NCBI GenBank assembly: GCA_964291625.2
Contig: OZ220089.1
Coordinates: 1,632,001 to 1,696,000 of the forward strand
Source of the DNA: Candidatus Latescibacterota bacterium
GTDB lineage: Bacteria; Latescibacterota; UBA2968; UBA8231
Direction of reading: 5' to 3'
DNA: 64,000 bases
Shown: in pieces, positions 37,036 through 45,430 of the stretch
Layout of the letters: each line of letters opens with the position of its first letter
Position numbering within the stretch: position 1 is the first letter of the stretch
Translations under genes and position numbers: made by a program
Notes under the pieces: generated by a model
The model's database searches: none
Told to the model about the DNA's origin: nothing
What the model saw: the letters and a program-made list of their open reading frames with translations, nothing else

Positions 37036-39252
37036 TCATCCGGAAACCACCAGGGTGTTCCCGCTCGCGTATCTGCCCGTTACGCCGTCGGTGGTGATCT
37101 CCACGACCCATCGATATTCGCCCGGCACTTCAGGGAGATGGTCGCCGCAGGTCTCGCCATCGCGCTCCGTGCCGTCCACGTCCACCCACTCGCCGGACTC
37201 TCCGCGAATCTGCCACTTGGAGATGCCGAAAGAAGTGGCGGTGTGGGAAACAGTGAGGCAGTCTTGTCCCGGACTGACCCAGACTGTCAGAGCGCCCACC
37301 TGGACCTGGATTCCTCCGCCTGCAACCACTTCAATCCAGTCAACCGGTGTGTAATCTCCCGCATCTGCGGTCACGGTGACGCTCGCGCTCAGGGGCGTCG
37401 ACTCCAGACCTCCCGGGTCGCTGGCCGTCACCATCACCGTGGTCACTCCCTCGGCGACTCCCGTGAACGTCACCGTGCGGCCCGTCACCGACACCATGGC
37501 GATGCCCTCGTTCGACGACGACGCCGAGTAGGTCAGCGCCTCTCCGTCGGGGTCGCTGAAGAACGCATTCACGTCCACGTCCACGGACTGGCCGGCCCGC
37601 AGGCTCTGCGACGGCAGCGAGCTCACTGTCGCCACCGGCGGCTGGTTCGCGGCTTCCACCGTAACACGGACTCCCGCGGAGCAGTTGTTGCTGGCACTCT
37701 CGCCCTCGCCCCTGTCCACGCAGGCGCCGTAGTAGTAGGTGCCTTCAGCCGATGGGGCATTGAGGTCGATCGACTCGGCACTGGCGCCGGAGGCGGCCAG
37801 GGCGCCCACCTGATCCGTGCCGACTTGTGTATCCTGCGTGGAGATCGTCCGGTTCGACGAGCGGTAGTAGCGCAACGTCGTCGCTGCCGCCTCACCCGTG
37901 CCCTGGTTGCGAATCGTGGCGCTGAGTGTAAAGACCTGCCCCGGCGTCAAGGTGTTGTCGCTGACGAGGATCGATTGAACGACCAGGTCGGCGGGGCTGC
38001 CGGCCACCTCGAAGGTGTAGGTCCGCAGGACCGTGCCGTCCGCTTCGCGCCTCAACTCCACCGTGCCCACACCCTCCCCGCACCCGGCCAGGTAGACCGA
38101 CTGTCCGTCCTGGAGCGAGCCGGTGTCCTCGGCCTCGGCCGGGCAGTAGTTGCCCCGGCCGCTGCGCCTGGTGATCTCCAGCAGCCGTGGAGTGCCCGCC
38201 GGATTGACCACCACCGTGACCGGCTCGTCGGCCTCGACCGTGAACCGGTGCCAGGCGCCGTCGTCGGCAAACGACAGCGTCGGGGAGTCCGGCGACAAGG
38301 AAACGGCCGGACCCGTCGCTTCCCCGATGCCGGCGGGCAGCGCCGGATCGGATGGATCGTTGAGGTAGGCGGCGATCGTCCAGGCGTCGGACAGATCGAT
38401 CCGGCCGTCGGCGTTGACATCGCCCAGGGAGACATCGCCGCCGTTGGGCATGACGATGGAAGGATCGAGGCTGTACGCCACCACCAGCAGGGCGTCGAAG
38501 AAGTCGACCTGGCCGGTGTTGTCCACGTCGCCCAGAATGGCCCCCGAGGCCACCTTCGCAGAGGGGATGTCGCCCGGCGCCTCGACCACCACATCCAGCG
38601 GGGCCAGGCCCGCCTCCACCCGGAAAGCCGGATCGACGTAGGGGACCCGACCCGGCCCCGAGACGATCAATCCGTAGGCCGGCGCTCCGGCCTCGGCGGC
38701 CGGAGCCTCCCCGACGGAGCCTGCCCCCGACGGAATCCCCGCCTGTCCGTCGATCAGCAGCATCGGCCGGGTGATTTCCGCCCCGCCCCCGCTCAGCCGG
38801 CAGATGTAGACGCCGGCGCCCACAGCCTGACCCGCCGCATCGGTGGCGTCCCACCGCGCCGTGTGAAAGCCGGCCGGCTGCTCCCCGTCCACCAGGGTCG
38901 CCACGCGCTGCCCCAGGACATTGAACACTTCCAGGCGCACGGCCATCGAGGCTGGCAACTGATACGGGATGAGGGTGGAGGGGTTGAAGGGATTGGGGTA
39001 GTTCGACCCCAGCCGGAAGCGCGCCGGCAGAGTTGCCGCCGGCGTGGGCAACGGCAGGCTGAACCGCCCCGACCGGTCCGTGATGGCAGCCAGCGGAGCG
39101 TCGCGCAGATCGGTCAGATCGAGCAACAGCACCTGGGCCCCGGCCACCGGGGCGCCCGTGGGCAGGAGCACCCGACCCTCGACCCGGGACTCGGCCTCTG
39201 CACTGCTCCATGACACTGCCAGCCCGATGATGAAGAGAATGGCTGTCTTCAT
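37036..39252 (-). CDS. Secreted protein: N-terminal cassette, dockerin, Cys-pair domain, CARDB, cadherin/Ig-like domain, C-terminal domain
   Basis: MKTAILFIIGLAVSWSSAEA signal; N-terminal ~300 aa homologous to the 29254-33162 protein; PADLVV...ATIRNQG...GTYYYGACVD...NNCS (CARDB); NQPPV...FFSDPDGEALTY...VTASDPGG. Confidence 0.82.
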   Translation of the reverse strand: MKTAILFIIGLAVSWSSAEAESRVEGRVLLPTGAPVAGAQVLLLDLTDLRDAPLAAITDRSGRFSLPLPTPAATLPARFRLGSNYPNPFNPSTLIPYQLPASMAVRLEVFNVLGQRVATLVDGEQPAGFHTARWDATDAAGQAVGAGVYICRLSGGGAEITRPMLLIDGQAGIPSGAGSVGEAPAAEAGAPAYGLIVSGPGRVPYVDPAFRVEAGLAPLDVVVEAPGDIPSAKVASGAILGDVDNTGQVDFFDALLVVAYSLDPSIVMPNGGDVSLGDVNADGRIDLSDAWTIAAYLNDPSDPALPAGIGEATGPAVSLSPDSPTLSFADDGAWHRFTVEADEPVTVVVNPAGTPRLLEITRRSGRGNYCPAEAEDTGSLQDGQSVYLAGCGEGVGTVELRREADGTVLRTYTFEVAGSPADLVVQSILVSDNTLTPGQVFTLSATIRNQGTGEAAATTLRYYRSSNRTISTQDTQVGTDQVGALAASGASAESIDLNAPSAEGTYYYGACVDRGEGESASNNCSAGVRVTVEAANQPPVATVSSLPSQSLRAGQSVDVDVNAFFSDPDGEALTYSASSSNEGIAMVSVTGRTVTFTGVAEGVTTVMVTASDPGGLESTPLSASVTVTADAGDYTPVDWIEVVAGGGIQVQVGALTVWVSPGQDCLTVSHTATSFGISKWQIRGESGEWVDVDGTERDGETCGDHLPEVPGEYRWVVEITTDGVTGRYASGNTLVVSG

Positions 39253-39333
39253 TCCAATGCCTCTCGAGTTGAGCATTCCAGGGAGAGTCGGGGATGGCCC
39301 AAGGATGGTCAATCGCGGCCGGATGCGCCAGCG

Positions 39334-40284
39334 TTATCCCTTGCGCGCAAGCCGCCAGACATCCGGCTCCATGTTGTTGCCAGCCACCATCCACAGCGAC
39401 TCGTGGTGGACGAACACACTCGCCGCATGTCGGGGCGCCCAGGGGGTACCTGGCAATTCGGTCCACTCCACACCATCGGCCGAGAACCACACGTCCCGGC
39501 GGTTCCCGCTCGCCGCCGCCCAGCCTTCCAGGACCCACATGCGGTCATCGAAGACGGCCACCTCGTGGTACTGCCGGGCCGCCCACGGGGCGTGCGCGAG
39601 GTGCCGGGCCCAGTTGACTCCGTCTGCCGAGCTCCAGACGTCGCTGTAGAACTTCCGAACCGGCGTTGCAGGCGTGTCGTACGTGCCCCCGCCCAGGATC
39701 CACATCCTGCCGCCGAGGACGGCGGCTCCCCCGATCATCCCCCGGGGCGTCCACGGAGCGCTCTCCACAACGCGGGTCCAACTGACGCCGTCGACGGTGC
39801 ACCACACATCGTTGTAGAAGACCTCGTCGCCGCCCGCGAACTCGGGCATCGTCTGGCCGCCCATCACCCAGATCCGGCCATCGAAGGCCACCGTGTAGTG
39901 GAGCGCCCGCGGCGCCCACGGCACGCGGTCAATCACCAGATCCCAGTGAATCCCGTCGGCGCTGCTCCACACATCGCTCTGGTAGTGGCCCTGGTTGCAG
40001 TCCCCGCCCACGATCCACATGCGGCCGCCATGCACCACGTATCCGGCGCAGTGCCTCCCCTCCCAAGGTGCCTGGAGGCTCTCGAGCGTCCAGGCGGCGC
40101 CGTCGGCCGACGACCAGACCTCGCTGTTGCAGATCAGGGGGAAGTGGTCCTTGTCGCCGGGGTTCCATCCGCCCAGCAGCCACATCCTGTCCCGGAAGGT
40201 CAGGGCGCCGGCGCCGTCCCGGGCGGCGAAGGCCGCCTTCCCGGTGACGCGGCGCCACTCGTATCTGTGATCATGGTGAGCCAT
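39334..40284 (-). CDS. Kelch-repeat beta-propeller protein
   Basis: Six repeats of W..R..H...V...RMW.lGG...DVWSS.DG..W. Confidence 0.85.
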   Translation of the reverse strand: MAHHDHRYEWRRVTGKAAFAARDGAGALTFRDRMWLLGGWNPGDKDHFPLICNSEVWSSADGAAWTLESLQAPWEGRHCAGYVVHGGRMWIVGGDCNQGHYQSDVWSSADGIHWDLVIDRVPWAPRALHYTVAFDGRIWVMGGQTMPEFAGGDEVFYNDVWCTVDGVSWTRVVESAPWTPRGMIGGAAVLGGRMWILGGGTYDTPATPVRKFYSDVWSSADGVNWARHLAHAPWAARQYHEVAVFDDRMWVLEGWAAASGNRRDVWFSADGVEWTELPGTPWAPRHAASVFVHHESLWMVAGNNMEPDVWRLARKG

Positions 40285-40325
40285 GCAAGGAAGCCCTGTG
40301 ATGTGGACGTCGCGGGCGGCGGGAG

Positions 40326-40920
40326 CTACCCGGCGTTCAGTGTCAGTTGCAGTCCCAGGCGGGCGGGGGCAGCCACCGGCTGCAGGCGCCCCCTCGCGAA
40401 GCCCTCCCCGACCGCCTGGCCGATGGCCCAGCCCATCAGGCCGCCGGCGACCACGTCGGACAGCCAGTGCACGCCGCCCTGGTCACCGATGGTCGCCGCC
40501 GCCATGACATAGGCGGCCCAGCCGTAGCCGCAGTACCTGACCCGCCTGGAGTCGACGTAGTAGCTGCTCAGGGACGCCGCCAGGGCCATGTTCGTTATCG
40601 TGTGTCCGGAAGGCCACCCGTGAAAGACGCCGCCCCGCAAGGAACCCGAAGCGGAAGCGCCGGCTGCGCCCGTCGACGTCGGACTCGGTCAGCAGCCAGG
40701 TGGCCCAGACGGCGCCGATGTGGGCGAGGCTGTTGCGACCGGTGTAGATCTCGGTTAAGTGCTGGTCGAGATGCCAGGACAGGGTGCGTTGGGGCTCGGC
40801 CGAGGCGGGGTCACCGGCGGCCTCCGGAGGCTGGCTGGAGGCGGAGAGGGCCATGACGACGGCGAGTATCAGAAAGCCCTGTGCGGCGTAGGTCTCCTTG
40901 CCCTGTTCCTGGATCACCAT
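40326..40920 (-). pseudogene. PAP2 family phosphatase with internal deletion and frameshift
   Basis: C-part GWPSGHT...GVHWLSDVVAG; N-part with signal-like segment in another frame; the K..R motif region is absent. Confidence 0.65.
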
Positions 40921-41046
40921 CAGCGGCCGACCAAACCTCCTCACAGGTGCGTTTCGAGCTACGCCGGAGGCCTTCCATGCTGGACCGGCGCCCGGGCGCC
41001 ATGCCTCAAGGTAGCTGTCGCTCACCACTATCAGCATTGCCCGTTG

Positions 41047-41874
41047 CTACCGCGCATCCACATTGTGCCGAGCTATCTCTGTACAGTATCTGCCGATCCC
41101 GTCCAAGTCAGGAAACAGGCTAAACCCGCTTATGTTCATCAGGCGCAGTTGATGCATGAACTCCCTCTTCAGAGCATACCTCACTTCCTCCAGGATCACC
41201 AGCTTTGTCAGAATCCCAGGGCGCCTCATTGCCTCGGCGTGATCCTTGTGGGGTAGATTGCTGTATGAGAACAAGCCTTGCTGCCGTGCCATACGATCAG
41301 GCATCAGGTGCGCATCGGCGAAGGCGATCAAGTGCGGTGCTGTATCGTCGTACAGCTGTGCTTCCCCCGTGCAGCGATCCTCCATGGGCGCCTTAGATCC
41401 AAGATACTTGTCAAACGCACTGTATCTGTCGCCGTGAGAGTCATACATTTCCTGCTCCAGAGCCGCCTTATCCACACACCAAACCGTCCCTGATGCCTCC
41501 CCGGATTCACAGGCAAAGTAGGCTGCCACGTAAGGCGACCTTGTCCAATCCAGGGTTCGAGTAGGGGCCCCATAGTGGCGCATTTGGCCCCACCAAAGGA
41601 AGATGTTCCTACTTGTCGTGAGTACGTTGTCGACACTTGGATGGAGCAGTGTAGTTGATCTTCTCATGAACGCAGTGTGGATCCTCATCTCGATTTCCCT
41701 GGATTCGTCAAACGCCCCCCATAGTCTCCCTAGGCTGGGCTCCAGGCTCCAGCTGAAGTCTTTCTGGCCTCTGTAAACGAACTCGCCCGGCCTCTGATCC
41801 ATCTCAGAGACTTCTCTGACGAACATCTCCCAGGACTCAATCTCGACCTCCCTCGTCCCGCCATCTTCCGTCAT
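41047..41874 (-). CDS. FRG-domain protein
   Basis: FVYRGQ...W.LEPSL.R, MRHYGAPTRTLDWTRSPYVAAYFA, RMARQQGLF, LRLMNI...SLFPDLDG; TGATG overlap with the upstream gene. Confidence 0.9.
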   Translation of the reverse strand: MTEDGGTREVEIESWEMFVREVSEMDQRPGEFVYRGQKDFSWSLEPSLGRLWGAFDESREIEMRIHTAFMRRSTTLLHPSVDNVLTTSRNIFLWWGQMRHYGAPTRTLDWTRSPYVAAYFACESGEASGTVWCVDKAALEQEMYDSHGDRYSAFDKYLGSKAPMEDRCTGEAQLYDDTAPHLIAFADAHLMPDRMARQQGLFSYSNLPHKDHAEAMRRPGILTKLVILEEVRYALKREFMHQLRLMNISGFSLFPDLDGIGRYCTEIARHNVDAR

Positions 41875-42191
41875 CAGTTCCATCTCCTGAAATCGCGCGA
41901 TCCCCGGTGCCTCCCGCGACGTAGCTTTCGTTTCAGATGCTCGCGCCTGGAAGGATAGATCGTCACCAAGCGTCCGTCCCGCAGCACGAATTCTTGGTTC
42001 TTGAGGTGCTCCAGCGATTGAATCTCCCGCTTCCGGGACTCGATCTCTCGGTCCACCTCGCACCCGTGCACCAACCAAGTCGCCTCGTCGATCGGCACTG
42101 CACACGCGAGGGCGAGGGGAATATCCTCCACGCGAATTCCTCGCTGTTGCATGCGAGTCCTGAAATGCAGGGTACACCTGACGTTACTCAT
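41874..42191 (-). CDS. DUF4258-like small basic protein
   Basis: TLHFRTRMQQRGI N-terminus and GRLVTIYP C-terminal strand; overlaps both neighbours. Confidence 0.7.
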   Translation of the reverse strand: MSNVRCTLHFRTRMQQRGIRVEDIPLALACAVPIDEATWLVHGCEVDREIESRKREIQSLEHLKNQEFVLRDGRLVTIYPSRREHLKRKLRRGRHRGSRDFRRWN

Positions 42192-43102
42192 TGATCAGCT
42201 CCCATCTGCATCGGTCCGACTCCGAGGGTTTCGTCAAGCCCTTCCTCTTCTTCCTTGTAGTCTTCCGGCATCCGTTCTTCAAGCCACCTCACACGCTCGT
42301 CCCCGGCGTCTTTATCCATCAGCTCTTCCGGAATGTCGCGGATTCTCGCATGGCCGGTCGTAAGGCACTTCCACGCTCTTTGGGACCCATTGACCATTCC
42401 CTTCAGGTCGTCCCAGCAGACGGCGTAGTCAATGTTCATTCGAGAGCTGTCCACTTCGAGCTCACCGACCGCAACGGCATCCAGGTAGTGCAAGTATTCA
42501 GCAAACGGATTGCCTCTGATCGGCCAGAAGGCCTCGGGGAGCCCTTCGTGCCCGCTGAGACGTTGCTCGCCGAAGACATCCGCATTTTCAATGGACTCCT
42601 CTTCGTACGCGATCGTCTCGTCCGGGTGCAACTCGAAGCCATTCTCCCCTAAGTGACCGATCGCTTCACATGCCTCTTTCAGCCTCTTTCGACGCCGGTC
42701 GAGGCTGCCCTCGGCGAGCAGGGCGAAGAAGAGCGGAGCCATACCGATGATTTCGGTGTCACTGACTCCGTATCGCCGTCTGACGAGGTCATAGGCGAGC
42801 CGGGCCTTCGTTGTGATGCGCGCGCCGATCGGGACTCTCCCGAGCTCGGGAGAGCGTGCTTTCTCGGACTCTGGAAGCGGTAGCTCGCCGGTGAGCACCC
42901 CTGGGCTGACATCGAACGCGCTGGCAAGTCTGTTCACGATGTCCTCACGGGTTGTCCTGCATCGTTCTGGTTCGTTCTCCAGACGTTGGATCGTGCGTGC
43001 GGGAATGGGTGGGGGGTTGGGACCGGTGCGTTGGGAGAGATAGGGCCGGGTCCAACCCTTTCCCTCGCGTAGGGTGCGCAGCCGGTCAGCGTCTACTTTC
43101 AT
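42188..43102 (-). CDS. XRE-HTH protein with internal ribbon-helix-helix-like segment and acidic C-terminal domain
   Basis: RLRTLREGKGWTR..LS...RTIQRLEN...RLASAFDVSPGVL; RVPIGARITTKARLAYDLVRRRYGVSDTEII; GAGGAG RBS. Confidence 0.8.
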   Translation of the reverse strand: MKVDADRLRTLREGKGWTRPYLSQRTGPNPPPIPARTIQRLENEPERCRTTREDIVNRLASAFDVSPGVLTGELPLPESEKARSPELGRVPIGARITTKARLAYDLVRRRYGVSDTEIIGMAPLFFALLAEGSLDRRRKRLKEACEAIGHLGENGFELHPDETIAYEEESIENADVFGEQRLSGHEGLPEAFWPIRGNPFAEYLHYLDAVAVGELEVDSSRMNIDYAVCWDDLKGMVNGSQRAWKCLTTGHARIRDIPEELMDKDAGDERVRWLEERMPEDYKEEEEGLDETLGVGPMQMGADQ

Positions 43103-43159
43103 GGCAAGCTCCTCTTCAAGCTTGATGGCCGGGGGAGGGTCCTGAGTGCTACTGGACCT

Positions 43160-43243
43160 ACAATAACCTCTATAGTATGTTTTGACAACAGATATAAGCC
43201 AGATATATGCCCATTTAAGATGCACTTAAGGGCCTATAAGTGC
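43160..43243 (-). promoter_or_regulatory. sigma70 promoter and operator candidates of the HTH-DUF4258-FRG operon
   Basis: Minus strand TTGTCA (43188-43183), 17 bp, TATTGT (43165-43160); CAGATATA direct repeat (43189-43207); GCACTTA-N8-TAAGTGC palindrome (43222-43243). Confidence 0.55.
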
Positions 43244-43368
43244 CCTCGAATATCCCTTTGTCATTATTCCAGGAGCGCCTCCCGCTACCGCTCAGGGGCT
43301 CTGAAAGAGACATTCACGGACATTTCGGATGCCGCGCCTGCCTGGCTACCTTCTGATCCCGCCCCCCC

Positions 43369-45348
43369 ATGAACCGCACCATCCCCCCCGACTACCGCAG
43401 CGCCCTCCAGGAGCGTGAGCCCACCCGCGCCCCGGCCGGCCCGGAGTCGGCCGTATCCCTGCGGGGGATCGCCGTGGGGTGCCTGCTGTGCGCGGTCATC
43501 GGCGTCGGCGCGCCGTACACGACCATGCTCCTGCGAGGGACCCCCATGGGGTTCTCGTCGTGCACGCCGGCGGCCTTCTTCCTGCTCTTCGTGATCATGC
43601 TCGTCCACGTGCTGCTCCGGTGCTGCCGCCGCACCTGGGGACTCACGCAGGGGGAGCTGATCACGGCCACGGTGATGATGATGGTGGCCGCGGCGATCCC
43701 CACGCGGGGCGTGACGGGGATGCTCCTGCCTTTGGTCACGGGGATCTACTACTACGCTTCCCCGGAGAACGAGTGGGCGGAGCGGCTCCACCCGCACCTG
43801 GCGGAGTGGACGCTGATGGGCGATCCGGAGGCGGTGCGCGGGCTCTACGAGGGCGGCATGCCGGTTCCCTGGGCCGCCTGGATGCCGGTACTGCTGGTCT
43901 GGCTGGGCTTCTACGCCGCCTTCTACCTGACCCTGGTCTGCGTCCTGGCCATCCTGCGGCGCCAGTGGGTGGACCACGAGCGCCTGCCCTTCCCCATGGC
44001 CCAGGTGCCCCTGGAGCTGTTCCGGCAGCAGCGGGGGGCCGTCCTGCCGGACATCTTCCGGCGGGCGGCCCTGTGGGTGGGGTTCGCCGTGCCCATGGCC
44101 GTGGGCGGCCTGCAGGGCCTGCAGCACTACCTGCCCGAGGTGCCGTCAGCCGTCCTGGCCACCAGCATCGACCTGGTGCCGGGGGTCTCCGTGCGCCTGG
44201 GCCTCAACTTCCTGATGCTCGGCTTCGCCTACTTCATCAACACCAGCATCTCCTTCAGCCTCTGGTTCTTCTACCTGGTGATCGCCGTCGAGAGGCGGCT
44301 GCTGCACCTGATGGGCGTCGACACCAGCCACGCCGGACTGGGCTACTGGACGGAGCCGGTCCTCGGGCACCAGGGGATGGGGGCCCTGATCGTGCTCGTC
44401 GGCGCCGGGCTCTGGTACGCCCGCGGACACCTGCGGGCGGTGTGGCGCAAGGCGGCCCGGGGGGATGTCTCGATCGACGACGGCGGCGAGATCCTCCCCT
44501 TCCGGTGGGCCGTCATCGGCGGCGCCGCCGGCCTCGGGGGCATGACCGTGTGGCTGTGGCGGGCGGGGATGCCGGGATGGGCGGCGCCGGTCCTCGTGCT
44601 GGCCGCCCTCGTGATCTTCACCGGGCTCACCCGGGCCGTGGCCGAGGGGGGCATCCCGACGATCTCGCCGGCCATGGTGCCGGCCGGCTTCGTGGTCACC
44701 ACCGTTGGCGCGCCGGCCCTCGGCCCCGCCGGCCTGCTGGCGGCCGGTCACAGCCTGATCTGGAGCGGGGAGCTGCTGGTCTTCATGATGGCGCCCCTGG
44801 CCAACGGTCTGCGCCTCGGCAGCGAGACCTCCGGCAACCGGCGCCGGCTGCTGGCCGCCATCGCCCTGGCCATGCTGGTCACCCTGACCGTGTCGGTCTG
44901 GTTCACCCTGGGGCTGGCCTACCACCACGGGGGGGTCAACCTGAGCGGCGAGTACTTCGGGGGCTTCGCGCGCTACCCGGCGGCGCAGGCCCTGTACCAG
45001 CTCCGCAACCCCGCCGGCCCGAGTCTGCCCGGCTTCCTGTGGACGCTCGGCGGCGGCGCGGTGATGGCGGGGTTGATGGTGGCCCGCCACCGCTTCGCCG
45101 GCTGGCCCCTGCACCCCCTCGGGTTCGCCGTGGCCCCGGGCTGGACCATGAGCGTCCTGTGGTCCTCCATCTGCCTCGCCTGGCTGATCAAGCGGACGGT
45201 GCTGCGCTTCGGCGGGGCCGCGACCTACGACCGCACCAAACCGTTCTTCGCGGGGCTGATCCTGGGACAGCTGGTGATCGCCGGCCTGTGGCTGATCGTG
45301 GACGGCTTCACCGGCACGGTGGGCAACATCATCCCCGTGCTCTACTGA
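43369..45348 (+). CDS. DUF6785/DUF6784-like polytopic membrane protein (putative transporter), copy 1
   Basis: Many TM helices; ILRRQWVDHERLPFPMAQVP, WPLHPLGF, KPFFAGLILG motifs. Confidence 0.8.
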   Translation: MNRTIPPDYRSALQEREPTRAPAGPESAVSLRGIAVGCLLCAVIGVGAPYTTMLLRGTPMGFSSCTPAAFFLLFVIMLVHVLLRCCRRTWGLTQGELITATVMMMVAAAIPTRGVTGMLLPLVTGIYYYASPENEWAERLHPHLAEWTLMGDPEAVRGLYEGGMPVPWAAWMPVLLVWLGFYAAFYLTLVCVLAILRRQWVDHERLPFPMAQVPLELFRQQRGAVLPDIFRRAALWVGFAVPMAVGGLQGLQHYLPEVPSAVLATSIDLVPGVSVRLGLNFLMLGFAYFINTSISFSLWFFYLVIAVERRLLHLMGVDTSHAGLGYWTEPVLGHQGMGALIVLVGAGLWYARGHLRAVWRKAARGDVSIDDGGEILPFRWAVIGGAAGLGGMTVWLWRAGMPGWAAPVLVLAALVIFTGLTRAVAEGGIPTISPAMVPAGFVVTTVGAPALGPAGLLAAGHSLIWSGELLVFMMAPLANGLRLGSETSGNRRRLLAAIALAMLVTLTVSVWFTLGLAYHHGGVNLSGEYFGGFARYPAAQALYQLRNPAGPSLPGFLWTLGGGAVMAGLMVARHRFAGWPLHPLGFAVAPGWTMSVLWSSICLAWLIKRTVLRFGGAATYDRTKPFFAGLILGQLVIAGLWLIVDGFTGTVGNIIPVLY

Positions 45349-45403
45349 ATCAGGCGCGGATCACGGCGAGGACCTCGTCGCGCTTCTCCTCATGCGCCGC
45401 GGG
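45349..45403 (-). repeat. About 55-bp copy of the phosphomannomutase gene 3' end (47425-47480)
   Basis: ATCAGGCGCGGATCACGGCGAG(G/C)ACCTCGTCGCGCTTCTCCT... follows both DUF6785-like copies. Confidence 0.9.
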
Positions 45404-45430
45404 GTCGATAGCCCTTCCTTACCCACCCCC

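Noticed and set aside
35734-39213. 1159-aa plus-strand ORF
   Set aside because: Antisense shadow of the PlsC-like and cassette genes; no motifs; long stop-free frames are expected at this GC
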